Assembly (NCBI GenBank): GCA_965222375.1 | Contig: CBDCTZ010000008.1 | Coordinates: 32,001-96,000 of the forward strand | Length of the DNA: 64,000 nucleotides | From: Polyangiaceae bacterium | GTDB lineage: Bacteria > Myxococcota_A > Polyangia > Polyangiales > Polyangiaceae | Direction of reading: 5' to 3' | Part shown: piece after piece, positions 1-9,391 of the stretch | How the letters are laid out: every line of letters starts with the position of its first letter | Position numbering within the stretch: position 1 is the first letter of the stretch | The notes under the pieces: model-generated | What the model was told of the DNA's origin: nothing | The model's input: only the letters and a program-made list of their open reading frames with translations | The model's database searches: none | Program-made: the position numbers and the translations under genes

Positions 1-2
1 CC

Positions 3-1016
3 GCCTACGACAGCTTGGTCTCCCACGAGGCGCCGGCAAAGCTTTACGAAACGCTGTGTGCCAATGCCCCCGACAAACCCAACGCGACGCGTTCCACGGC
101 GTCGGTCGTGCAACAGTCCGCAGCGGAGCAAGTGTCCGCCCTGGTCGGCGGCTCGGCAGATCTGGCCGAGTCCTGCAAGACCACGATCAAAGGGTCCGGC
201 CATGTCGCGCGAGGACAGTTCGAGGGGCGCAATCTGCACTTCGGCATTCGCGAACATGCGATGGGCTCGATCTGCAACGGCTTGGCGCTCTCTGGGCTGT
301 TCGTACCCTATTGCTCCACCTTCTTGATCTTCAGCGACTACATGCGGCCTGCGATCCGACTGGCCGCGTTGATGGAGCAGCAAGTCGTGTACGTGTTCAC
401 CCACGATAGTATCTTTCTGGGCGAAGACGGTCCCACCCACCAGCCCGTTGAACAGGTGGCTTCGCTGCGCTTGGTGCCAAACCTGGACGTCTGGCGCCCG
501 GCAAACGCAACCGAATGTGCCGCCGCCTGGGCCCACGCTCTGGAGCGAAAAAATGGGCCCACGGCCTTGGTTCTAACCCGACACAAGATCCCGAGTCCGA
601 GCGGCGACGTGCCCAGGGCGGAAGTGAGCAAGGGCGCTTACGTGCTGGTCGACGCCGCCGACCCGGACGTCGTGCTAGTCGCGACAGGCAGTGAGGTGCA
701 CGTTGCAGAGCAGGTCGCGGCGAAGCTGAATGCGTCCGGCAAGAAGGCTCGGGTCGTGAGCGCGCCGTGCATCGACCTGTTCCTGCAACGACCCAAGGGG
801 GAGGTAGAAGCCGTGTTTGGAGCCAATACGAAGCGAGTAGCGATTGAAGCCGGCCGCACCAGAGGCTGGGAAGCAGTGGTTGGTCGCGATGGCTTGTGCG
901 TCGGTGTCGACAAGTTCGGCGCTTCTGCACCTTGGAACACCCTGGCAGACCAATACGGCCTGACCACGGACAAGATCGTGGCACGCGTCCATCGTTGGCT
1001 CGAGTCAGGCTCATGA
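3..1016 (+). CDS. tkt: Transketolase, C-terminal part (5' end lies outside the window)
   Basis: Motifs GGSADL, HFGIREHAM, THDSIFLGEDGPTHQPVE and GVDKFGASAP; the frame is open from the window edge. Confidence 0.95.
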   Translation, partial: AYDSLVSHEAPAKLYETLCANAPDKPNATRSTASVVQQSAAEQVSALVGGSADLAESCKTTIKGSGHVARGQFEGRNLHFGIREHAMGSICNGLALSGLFVPYCSTFLIFSDYMRPAIRLAALMEQQVVYVFTHDSIFLGEDGPTHQPVEQVASLRLVPNLDVWRPANATECAAAWAHALERKNGPTALVLTRHKIPSPSGDVPRAEVSKGAYVLVDAADPDVVLVATGSEVHVAEQVAAKLNASGKKARVVSAPCIDLFLQRPKGEVEAVFGANTKRVAIEAGRTRGWEAVVGRDGLCVGVDKFGASAPWNTLADQYGLTTDKIVARVHRWLESGS

Positions 1017-1369
1017 CCCTGCCCATCGTTCTCGTGCCTCATCCGCACGTGCGGGTGGATCCCAAGGTCTTGTCGGGAAGCCCTCATGTGGCAGGCTCAC
1101 GGGTGCCCGTGCGTCGGCTGTTTGCGTTCTACAAATCCGGCTCCCGCGTGGAGACGATCCTGAAGCGCTATCCGCAGCTCGGCCCCGCCAAGGTCTTCGA
1201 CGCCCTGGCCTTCGCCCTCGACAACCCCGAAGTCATCGAGGCCGATCTCGAGCGTGAGCGAGCGCTCCTTAGGGCCGCGGGCGGCGCGGAAGACAGTGGG
1301 CGAACGGCCGCGCAAATTTCGCTGCCCTTCGACAGCGACAACGGGAACCCCGCAAAAAAGAGGCGCTGA
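1013..1369 (+). CDS. DUF433-family small protein (antitoxin-like HTH)
   Basis: DPKVLSGSPHVAGSRVPV...ILKRYPQL...VFDALAF pattern; ATG at 1013 overlaps the tkt stop (ATGA). Confidence 0.75.
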   Translation: MTLPIVLVPHPHVRVDPKVLSGSPHVAGSRVPVRRLFAFYKSGSRVETILKRYPQLGPAKVFDALAFALDNPEVIEADLERERALLRAAGGAEDSGRTAAQISLPFDSDNGNPAKKRR

Positions 1370-1551
1370 ACGCGCGCTCACTTGCGCCGAGGCCCCCCAC
1401 ACGGTGTGCCGGCTAACAAAAACCTTTACTTTTCAGTGAAACGGGGACAAACCGCGGGCCGAATCACGCAGCAAATGGGCCGGGGTGGCCCGGAGAATCA
1501 TAGAGGGAGCACGGACAGGTTGGAGCAGGCCAAAGGGGTCCGTTTTCAGCT

Positions 1552-1579
1552 TTGCAAGTGAATTGAGCAAGTGTAGCGT
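1552..1579 (+). promoter_or_regulatory. Possible sigma70-type promoter for the Cys-rich lipoprotein
   Basis: TTGCAA-16 nt-TAGCGT in an AT-richer stretch about 50 nt upstream of the ATG. Confidence 0.3.
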
Positions 1580-1630
1580 GCACCCGGCTTGGACGCCCGA
1601 GACGTATCGTCTCGAGAGGAGATTAAGAAA

Positions 1631-2896
1631 ATGGTCGCGAATCGTTGGCGAAATCTTAGTGGAGTAGTTGCAGTGGCGGCAGCGCCGTTGCTGATGAACT
1701 GCGGTGGTGGTTTGCCCGGCATGCCCGGCCTTCCCGGCTCCTGCCCAGCGGACATCAGTGATCCCTCGGCAATCATGAGCGCCAACTTCGGCCTCAAAGG
1801 TGAGCTGGAGGGCAAGGTGAAGGCGGCGCTCTCTGCTGGCGCAGAGCTGAAGGCCCTCGCGGTCGAGGTCGAGGCTGACGTGGCCGGCGCTTGTGGCCAG
1901 CTCGCCAAGGACCTCGGCGCGAGCGACGAGGACATCGCCCCCGCAGAGGAAGGCCCCGGCAAGAAGGCGGAAGCCGCTTGTCAGGCTGCAGTGAAGTTCC
2001 TCGGCGAGGTGAAGGCCAAGGCCAATATCTCCGGCGGCCTCAAGGTCGACGTGGTTCCGCCCAAGTGCTCGGCCTCGATGAGCGCGATGGCTGACTGCGC
2101 CGCCAGCTGCCAGGGCAACGTCGACCCCGGCTCCGTCAAGGTAGAGTGCGAGGGTGGCGAGATCAGCGGCAAGTGCGAAGGCAAGTGCGAAGGTAGCTGC
2201 CAGGTCGAAGCCGGCGCCAAGTGCGAAGGCTCCTGCAGCGGCACCTGCGAAGGCTCTTGCGACGCCAGCTTCTCGGGGACCTGCGGCGGCACCTGTGAAG
2301 GCAAGTGTGACGGCAAGGACACCAAGGGTGAGTGCAAGGGCAAGTGCGAAGGCAAGTGCGAAGGCGGCGGCAAGGGCAGCTGCGGCGGCAAGTGCGGCGG
2401 TTCCTGCAGCGCTTCCTGTGAGATCACGGGCGGCGGCAGCTGCGAAGGCACCTGCTCCGGCGGCTGCGACGTCGAGATCAAGGAGCCCAAGTGCAGCGGC
2501 GAGATGAAGCCCCCAGAGATGAGCGCCGAGTGCAAGGCTAACTGTGACGCCAAGGTCAACGCCAAGGTCGAGTGCACCCCGGCCAAGGTTGCGGTGAAGC
2601 TCCAAGGCGCGGCGGACGCGGAAGCGGCTGCCACGCTCAAGGGTGCTCTCGAAGCCAACCTGCCCGCTCTGCTCAAGGTCACCCTCGGCATGAAGGGTCG
2701 TCTCGAGAGCGCTGTCGGCAGCGTGAAGGCCTCCATCGAGGGCGTGAAGGCTGCGGTCACCGGTGGTGGCGATGCGGCCCTCAAGGTCGGCGGCTGCCTC
2801 GCGGCGTCGCTGAAGGCACAGGTTGACGCGAGCGTTTCGATCAATGTCTCGGTCAGTGCCAGTGCCAGCGCCAGCGGCGAAGCCGGCGCGGGCTGA
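1631..2896 (+). CDS. Cys/Gly-rich secreted lipoprotein with many CxGxCxG repeats
   Basis: AGGAGA RBS before ATG 1631; signal peptide ending PLLMNC; central CEGKCEGSC-type repeats; strong GC3 coding bias. Confidence 0.85.
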   Translation: MVANRWRNLSGVVAVAAAPLLMNCGGGLPGMPGLPGSCPADISDPSAIMSANFGLKGELEGKVKAALSAGAELKALAVEVEADVAGACGQLAKDLGASDEDIAPAEEGPGKKAEAACQAAVKFLGEVKAKANISGGLKVDVVPPKCSASMSAMADCAASCQGNVDPGSVKVECEGGEISGKCEGKCEGSCQVEAGAKCEGSCSGTCEGSCDASFSGTCGGTCEGKCDGKDTKGECKGKCEGKCEGGGKGSCGGKCGGSCSASCEITGGGSCEGTCSGGCDVEIKEPKCSGEMKPPEMSAECKANCDAKVNAKVECTPAKVAVKLQGAADAEAAATLKGALEANLPALLKVTLGMKGRLESAVGSVKASIEGVKAAVTGGGDAALKVGGCLAASLKAQVDASVSINVSVSASASASGEAGAG

Positions 2897-2911
2897 TTCG
2901 TTAGCCCAAAC

Positions 2912-2957
2912 AGCAAGGCGGCCTCGCGACGAAAGTTGCGGGGCCGTTTGCTTTTGT
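2912..2957 (+). terminator. Rho-independent terminator
   Basis: AGCAAGGCGGCCTCGCGAC-GAAA-GTTGCGGGGCCGTTTGCT stem-loop followed by a T-rich tail, just after the 2896 stop. Confidence 0.8.
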
Positions 2958-3080
2958 TGGTTTGAATGTGGCGGATCAGCGCGTCATCGACGCCATCGCG
3001 GGGCGATTCTCTGCCGCCGCGTGGAGTTCCAATTCGACAACGGGCGGAGCTTGCGGGCGTTTGCCGAGGGATGAAGAACA

Positions 3081-3569
3081 ATGGACTGCCCTGCATGCGG
3101 AGCGTTCAATTCTGTCCTCGACGAGGAGTGCGACTCCTGCGGGATGGTACTGACCAAGCCGCGCGAACCGACGCGACCTCCCACCGCCTACCGAGCATCC
3201 GCGGCGCCCGTCACGCCCGACAGGCCAACGGAACGAAAGCTCCGTCGCTGGGTCCGTCGGGAGTTGAGGGATGGCGAGGACGGTCAGGTGTTGGAACAGG
3301 CCATCGCAAAACAGGGCTTCGATCGCGGCTGGGCTCAAGAATTCGTCCAGCGCATAGAACGGCGTCTAGACGTTGCCGACATTGCGGTGGCGGAGCGATC
3401 CGGGAACTACGCGGTGGGGTTCTTCTCAGGCGTCCTTTGCCCCATGCTCGGGCTGTTCTTGCTGCTGGGGGCACAACCTCGGACGCGCAGAGGCGCAGTG
3501 ATGGGCCTGTGCTTTGCTGTTGGGTTTGCGATCTTGGCGCGGTGCGTGGGCTCATCAGAACCGTACTAG
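3081..3569 (+). CDS. Hypothetical membrane protein with N-terminal zinc ribbon
   Basis: CPAC...CDSC at the N-terminus; two C-terminal hydrophobic segments. Confidence 0.6.
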   Translation: MDCPACGAFNSVLDEECDSCGMVLTKPREPTRPPTAYRASAAPVTPDRPTERKLRRWVRRELRDGEDGQVLEQAIAKQGFDRGWAQEFVQRIERRLDVADIAVAERSGNYAVGFFSGVLCPMLGLFLLLGAQPRTRRGAVMGLCFAVGFAILARCVGSSEPY

Positions 3570-3706
3570 GGCGGTGGTTGGTCAGCCTGCGCATTCAGCA
3601 TCGCAATCTGTCCGAAGCTCACGCTGCCGGTGCTGGATGGCGTTAGAGACACGAGGTGTCGGGCGCGCCTGTGGAGTGCACTTCTCGCGACTTGGAGGGA
3701 ACTGTC

Positions 3707-3898
3707 TTAGGCGCGAAACTCCTTGGTCGGAGCGCAGCTGGCCAGCAGCATTGCGCCGCCGCCACTAGAAGCTCCGCTGCCTGATGCCCCACCAGTGCTT
3801 CAGCTGCCATCCGAACCTGCATCGGGCCCCGACCCCGAGGTGCCTCCGCTGCTACACGCAAGCAACAACGGGGCCCCAGTCAAATACATTGGTTTCAT
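3707..3898 (-). pseudogene. Decayed lipoprotein gene fragment
   Basis: MKPMYLTGAPLLLACSSGGTSGSGPDAGSDGS*STGGASGSGASSGGG..., with an in-frame TGA at 3802-3800 and a TAA at 3709-3707. Confidence 0.45.
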
Positions 3899-4251
3899 GA
3901 GTCTAGCCCTTGCGACGACCCCAGCTCGCCGTTACCGAGCTTCGAACAGCATGGCGCTCACGCTGTCGCCGTAGACAGAATCGGACATCGCCCCCGCGAA
4001 TGGGACCCGTGAACCCCGTAGTCTTCCCCATGAAAAACCTGCCGTGCCGTTCCGGTGGGAGCCTGGTGTCGCTTGCGCCTGCAGCGCTGGCTCAGGCCCG
4101 TTCCAGATCGGCGTCCGATCCTATTGATTGCCCGAGCTGGCCCGCACCCCAACCTGGTTGGACGCAGTTGTGGCCGCGATGCTGAGATGCTCAGCTGAAC
4201 GCAGCCCGGACAAGTCTGAGATCTATCGAGCACAGCGACGCGATCCCCACG

Positions 4252-5355
4252 TTAGGGACCAAACATCATGCGTATCTTGCCGGAGCTAGGGAGGGAACGC
4301 GCGATCTTCTGGAGGTCTGATGCCGCTATAGCGCTTTCGAACAGGTCTGCTGTGACCGGAGTAGGGCGGCGCGCTTCGCGGAGGGCCAGGCTACGGGAGA
4401 CGGCTTGTTGGGCGCGGGCTTTGAAGGCGGGACTCGACTCGCATTCGCGGATTAACGCCGCGTGAGCACGCACTGCAAGCTCTTCGTGCTCGCAAATCAG
4501 CAGCGCGTCGCAGCCAGCGAGCACGGCGCCGACAGCGGATTCTTCGATGCTCATGCGCCCCGATAGCGCGCGCATTTCCAAATCGTCGCTGAACAGGACG
4601 CCGCTGAACCCCAGGCTGCCACGCAGCAAATCCGTGGCGACGGCTACGCTGAGGGTGGCGGGCAAGTCCGTGTCTAACGCATCGAAAACGACGTGAGCGC
4701 TCATCAGGGCCTCGAGCCCATGAGCACAGGCGGCGCGAAACGGCGCCAGCTCGACGCGATCGAGACGCTCGCGATCGTGGCGCACCCGGGGCAAGGCGAA
4801 GTGGCTGTCGGTTTCGGTGTCGCCGTGGCCCGGGAAGTGTTTGCCGCAGGGGATGAGCCCGCCATCGCGCATGCCGTCCGCGAAGGCCAGCGCGAGGCGC
4901 GCGACGTCCTCGGGAGTGGTGGCGAATGAGCGATCGCCGATCACGGGATTGGCCGGGTTCGTGTCGACGTCCAGCACGGGTGCAAAGTCCAAGTTGAAGC
5001 CAACGGCCCGGAGCGCCTTGCCTAGGGCCGCACCCGCGCGACGGCACAGCTGGGGGTCCTCATGGGTGCCAAGGGCTCGCATGGGCGGCAGAGCAGGGAA
5101 GGGGGCCGGCAATCGCCGCACGCGGCCGCCCTCCTCATCCACGCCGACGAAGGGCGGGCTCGCAGCGGCGCTGGCGCTCGCGACGTCTCGCAAAAGCGCG
5201 TGGGTGGCGTCGAGGCTCGGCAGGTTGCGCCGAAACACGATCACGCCGGCGCGCTCCGACGCAGCCAACTGCTCTCGAAGCGCTAGCGGCAACTCTGGCC
5301 CGACAAACCCAACCACTAGGAGCTGCCCGGCTAGCTGTTTCAAACTGAAGTCCAC
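4252..5355 (-). CDS. nagZ: Beta-N-acetylhexosaminidase (GH3)
   Basis: VDEEGGRV, APVLD, KHFPGHGDTETDSH and FSDDLEM motifs. Confidence 0.92.
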   Translation of the reverse strand: MDFSLKQLAGQLLVVGFVGPELPLALREQLAASERAGVIVFRRNLPSLDATHALLRDVASASAAASPPFVGVDEEGGRVRRLPAPFPALPPMRALGTHEDPQLCRRAGAALGKALRAVGFNLDFAPVLDVDTNPANPVIGDRSFATTPEDVARLALAFADGMRDGGLIPCGKHFPGHGDTETDSHFALPRVRHDRERLDRVELAPFRAACAHGLEALMSAHVVFDALDTDLPATLSVAVATDLLRGSLGFSGVLFSDDLEMRALSGRMSIEESAVGAVLAGCDALLICEHEELAVRAHAALIRECESSPAFKARAQQAVSRSLALREARRPTPVTADLFESAIAASDLQKIARSLPSSGKIRMMFGP

Positions 5356-5588
5356 GCCTCCATCAGTACGACCTATTCCAGCTTTGGGCCAAACACGGCG
5401 CCCTTCTCGAAGAAGCCGCGTTGGCGGAAACGTCCCATGGACACCTCCCGCCCTTCAGCTCAAGCGTTGCGCTGGCACCTGCACCGCCTGCGCGCTGAGC
5501 TTCCCGACGGCACTCGCGGCCCAGGGCGGGAGTAGTGGGCCAGCGTCGTGCCGCGAACCGACCTCAAGAATAGTTGAAGCGGTCGCCG

Positions 5589-7004
5589 CTAACGCATGAC
5601 GTCCGCAGCGGTCACGATGTGCATGTCGGGCGGAGTGCGGGGGCGTTTGCCTTGGATCCCAGGGACAAACAACACGCGCACGTGCTGCCGGGTTGCGTAG
5701 CTGCTGCCCAACGCGGGCGGAGTGCGTGCGGCGAGCTCCGAAAGAGCCGCGGCGAGCTTTGCCGGGGCCAAGGGCTTGTGACTCCATTTCACGTCCCCGA
5801 GCAGAAGTCGACGCTCGTCGAGCGAGTCGCTCACGACATCCCACTCGGGAGCGTTGCCGTGCCACCAACGCGAGGCGGGTCCCCAGGGACCGCCACCACG
5901 AACTGCGCCAAGGCTGCTCGGCAGATGCGGGACTGAGGCTCGGCACAGCTGTTCCCAGGATTGCGCCACCAAGGCAGGCCAGCTGCGCAGAAGCAGTTGC
6001 CGTCTGGATGTGCGGTCTCCGCTAGCAAGCAGGGCCCGGTTGGGAGCTACCACTCGGAACCAAAAGCGCATGAACGGATCGTTGATTCTATAGAGCGTTC
6101 GTTTCGATCGCTTTGGAGACTCGCCAAAAGGTACCTCGCGCTGGGCCAGGTCGAGGCCAAGCAGGCGATCGAGTGGACGCGACAGCGATGTCGCCGGCCG
6201 CCCCAAGCGACCCGCGATTTCAGAAACCCGGTGAGCGCCCGCTCCAATTGCATCCAGGACGGGGCGCACCTCCATCGCCGGCGGCAACTCCTCCATGAGC
6301 AAGCGGTCTGGTTCGCGATGCAGCGGCCCTGATGGATCGAGCGCAAGTTCTGCAAGCTGAGTCAGCGCCCCGCCTGTGATTTCGCATGCCAGCTCCCAAT
6401 ACCGCGGGACCCCGCCCCACGCCGTGTACAACTCGATCACATCCGTGGGCGCTCGATAGTCGAAGGCTTCGCGAAAACACGACACGGGCAGCGGCCCCAA
6501 CTCCATGACCTCGCGAGCGCGCCCATACAGGGGCGCTGCGGCGTCCAGGACGAGCCCTTGCATCATCCGCTGACTCGATCCGGCGACTGCCACCGCAAGT
6601 CTTGCGTCGGCGGCATCTCGATCGAGCCAGCGCTGGAGCACACTCGGAAGTTCCGGAGCAGCGCTCACCAGGTAGGGAAGTTCGTCGACGATGACCGGTC
6701 CGCGCCACCCTTGGTGACGGGCTTCTTGCGCCAAGCGTGCGAGCAGCGCGCGCCAGTCCGGGTACTCCACATCTCCGAATCCGGGGATCTGCTCCCCGAT
6801 AGCGGTGGCCAAGTAGCGACGCTGGATGCCAGAAGTCGATTGATCGGCTACGGAATACAGGCCGGAGTGACGCCGGGACCATTCCACGAGCAAGCGGGAC
6901 TTGCCGATACGCCGTCTTCCGTAAATCACTGCGAGGCCGCCGCTCGGGCGCTCAACAAGCTGGCCGAGGCGTGACAACTCCTCTTTTCGGTCTAGAAATC
7001 TCAT
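5589..7004 (-). CDS. Archaeal-type ATPase with winged HTH and C-terminal DUF234/PD-(D/E)xK nuclease-like domain
   Basis: FLDRKEEL, Walker A YGRRRIGKS, Walker B VIVDE, GGVPRY, INDPFMRFWF, and C-terminal EWDVV...LLGDVKW. Confidence 0.85.
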   Translation of the reverse strand: MRFLDRKEELSRLGQLVERPSGGLAVIYGRRRIGKSRLLVEWSRRHSGLYSVADQSTSGIQRRYLATAIGEQIPGFGDVEYPDWRALLARLAQEARHQGWRGPVIVDELPYLVSAAPELPSVLQRWLDRDAADARLAVAVAGSSQRMMQGLVLDAAAPLYGRAREVMELGPLPVSCFREAFDYRAPTDVIELYTAWGGVPRYWELACEITGGALTQLAELALDPSGPLHREPDRLLMEELPPAMEVRPVLDAIGAGAHRVSEIAGRLGRPATSLSRPLDRLLGLDLAQREVPFGESPKRSKRTLYRINDPFMRFWFRVVAPNRALLASGDRTSRRQLLLRSWPALVAQSWEQLCRASVPHLPSSLGAVRGGGPWGPASRWWHGNAPEWDVVSDSLDERRLLLGDVKWSHKPLAPAKLAAALSELAARTPPALGSSYATRQHVRVLFVPGIQGKRPRTPPDMHIVTAADVMR

Positions 7005-7037
7005 TTATGCAAGATAGCATAATGCTTAGTCGCATAA
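7005..7037. promoter_or_regulatory. Two tandem palindromic operator-like boxes
   Basis: TTATGC-N6-GCATAA (7005-7022) and TAATGC-N6-GCATAA (7020-7037), directly abutting the ATPase start codon. Confidence 0.65.
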
Positions 7038-7298
7038 TATCAAGAGTTCGGCTCCAACTCCGAACCAGACCCCAAAAAACTCCCCGTCCTTGCACCTCCT
7101 TGTTCAACTCTCAACGCCCTGGCTGGCTTCCACGCCGCTCGCGCACCGTGGTCCTGACCGAGCTTTGTCCGGCACCCGTGGCCTCGAGTGGGAGTGGTGG
7201 CCGAACACCGCACTGTGAACCGACCCTAAACCAAGAAAGGTGACGAGGGTTGAAGCACGGCCCCTTCGAGGGCCGGCCTAGAGCTGGATTGGACCGCG

Positions 7299-8687
7299 CT
7301 AGCGGTCGCGGCCGAGAGTCTGAGAGGGATCCGTGTGGGCGGCACGGATGGCGGGGCCAACCGCGCCCAGCAAGGCAAAGAGGGCGGCGAAGCCAACGCC
7401 GAGGGCGAAGAGCCAGGGCGGGAACACGAAGAAGGAGTCGGGCTTGAAAGGAAAGTCGGGCAGGTCCACCCGGCCGCGCCAATCCGCAATCAGCGCTGCG
7501 CCTCGAGCCACGCCGCAACCCACGGCGCCGGCGAACACTCCGACGACGAGAGCCATCGACAGGAGCCAGCTGCGCATGTCTGCGCGGGTGGCGCCCAGGG
7601 CACGGTACAGACCGATTTCGTGGGCACGCTCGGCGACGAGAACCCGAAAGGTGTGGGTGATATTCAGAGCCGCGACCAGCAGGATCACTCCCGCGACCAA
7701 GAGCAGCAGGCCCAAGACGCTGCTGATCAGCACGCTGACGTCTCGAGCGCGCGTATCTTTGGGGGTCAGAGCATAGTTCTGGGCGGCGGCGATGATGTAG
7801 CTGGTATTCGAAGCGTCGTGGACCCGCACCACCACGCTCGAGTAGGTGTCTGCGGCCTTGTTGCCCGCGTATTCTCGGTTCCAGCGGCGCACGACTTCCA
7901 CTGGCAAGGTCACGCCCAGATCGATGGCCTTGTTAGAGATCCCCACGACGCGGATCTTCACTTTGCGTTCTTTGCCCTGGCGCGCGACGCCGAGCAGGCT
8001 ATTGCCGAGGGTCATGTCGAAGGTCACCCCCTGGGCGCGGCTGACCAACGTGGCAGCAACGGGAGGCAAGCCATGAGCGGGAGCGACGGCGTGGTCGAAG
8101 AGCTCGACCAGATAGCGACTCACGATGGCCGGCACCGGGGGCGAGCACTTTCCTTCGGTCGCAGCACTGGGCAGCTCGCAGTACTCGCTCTCGGCGCAGT
8201 CGGAGTTCTTGCTGCAAGACTTCGCATTCACACGCAGTGGATCCTTGAACGCCCCGGCCTCGATGTCCGCGCTGACCAGCTTGGGGTCGATGCCGTCACC
8301 GACCATCTCGTGGGTTCCGATCTCGCGGCCCAGGATCTCCTTTCCGCCGCGGGCCATGCTCGGAAACCGAAATCGCAGTTTGGGATACACCTCGGCCACG
8401 CCTTCGAGCTCCCGCAGGGTTTCCACGGTCTGAGCGTCGACGCTCGCCGGCTCATGGGGCCCACCGAGCAGAGACAGCAGCCCCGCTGAGGTCTTCTGGG
8501 GCTCGAGTTCGACCTGATGGATCGGAAACACATCGCCGAGCAGCACCCGCCGGGCACCCAGCCCCAGGGATAGAAAGAACACCAGCGCGCCGATGCCCAC
8601 TGCGATGCCAAAGCCCGCGGTGAAGAGGGGGCCTCGGGTGCGCGAAAACTCGCGCCGGACCATGCTCCACAGAGAGGTGGCCTTCAT
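7299..8687 (-). CDS. ABC transporter permease, FtsX/MacB/LolC family
   Basis: N-terminal TM, large periplasmic loop, ERAHEIGLYRALGA motif, C-terminal TMs and PAIRAAHTDP. Confidence 0.9.
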   Translation of the reverse strand: MKATSLWSMVRREFSRTRGPLFTAGFGIAVGIGALVFFLSLGLGARRVLLGDVFPIHQVELEPQKTSAGLLSLLGGPHEPASVDAQTVETLRELEGVAEVYPKLRFRFPSMARGGKEILGREIGTHEMVGDGIDPKLVSADIEAGAFKDPLRVNAKSCSKNSDCAESEYCELPSAATEGKCSPPVPAIVSRYLVELFDHAVAPAHGLPPVAATLVSRAQGVTFDMTLGNSLLGVARQGKERKVKIRVVGISNKAIDLGVTLPVEVVRRWNREYAGNKAADTYSSVVVRVHDASNTSYIIAAAQNYALTPKDTRARDVSVLISSVLGLLLLVAGVILLVAALNITHTFRVLVAERAHEIGLYRALGATRADMRSWLLSMALVVGVFAGAVGCGVARGAALIADWRGRVDLPDFPFKPDSFFVFPPWLFALGVGFAALFALLGAVGPAIRAAHTDPSQTLGRDR

Positions 8688-9391
8688 GCGGCGTCTTCCT
8701 CGGCGCCGGACCTGACCTTGCCGTCTTCCATGCTCAGGGTGCGATGGGAGATCCGCTGCAGGCGGTCCTCGTGGGTGACGATCAAGAGAGTGGTGGAAAA
8801 CTCCTCGTGGATGCGGCGAAACAACTCGATGATCTGCTCACCGGTTTCGCGATCTAGGTTGCCCGTCGGCTCGTCACACAGCAGCAATTCCGGGGATCGG
8901 AGGAGGGCTCGCGCAATGGCGACACGCTGGCGTTGGCCTCCGGAGAGTTCGCCGGGGAAGGCCGCAGCCTTGTCCGTCAGCCCCACGCGCTCCAGGAGAT
9001 CTTTGCCGTGTTGGGTTAGAGCCGAACTCTCGCCAGCAGCGAAGAGGGCCGGAGCGGTGACATTGTCGATGACCGAGAGGTGGGGCAGCAAGTGGAACGC
9101 CTGGAAGACGAATCCGACGCGCTCACCCCGCAGGGTCGACAGTTCGCGATCCGACAGCCCACTCACGTTCTTGCCGAACAGCGAGAGTTCTCCCGAGAAC
9201 TCCCGATCGAGGCCACCCAGCAGCGATAGCAGCGTGCTCTTTCCGCAGCCACTCGGGCCAAATATGAGAACGACCTCTCCACGCCTGACGGACAAGGACA
9301 CGGACTGTACGGCCCGATGTTCAGCAGCTCCGCTGCCAAAGACGCGACTGAGGCTGTCTGCCTCGATGATGACCTCGGGAGCGTCGCTCAC
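8684..9391 (-). CDS. ABC transporter ATP-binding protein, LolD/MacB-like
   Basis: [38 protein letters not shown] at 9391 overlaps the glmM stop. Confidence 0.93.
   Translation of the reverse strand: MSDAPEVIIEADSLSRVFGSGAAEHRAVQSVSLSVRRGEVVLIFGPSGCGKSTLLSLLGGLDREFSGELSLFGKNVSGLSDRELSTLRGERVGFVFQAFHLLPHLSVIDNVTAPALFAAGESSALTQHGKDLLERVGLTDKAAAFPGELSGGQRQRVAIARALLRSPELLLCDEPTGNLDRETGEQIIELFRRIHEEFSTTLLIVTHEDRLQRISHRTLSMEDGKVRSGAEEDAA

Noticed and set aside
1631..2896. RiPP (ranthipeptide-like) precursor
   Set aside because: Over 400 aa with a lipoprotein signal and no neighbouring radical SAM enzyme or transporter
3800..3802. Selenocysteine readthrough at the TGA
   Set aside because: It sits in a Gly/Ser linker rather than a redox motif, and the frame ends 31 codons later
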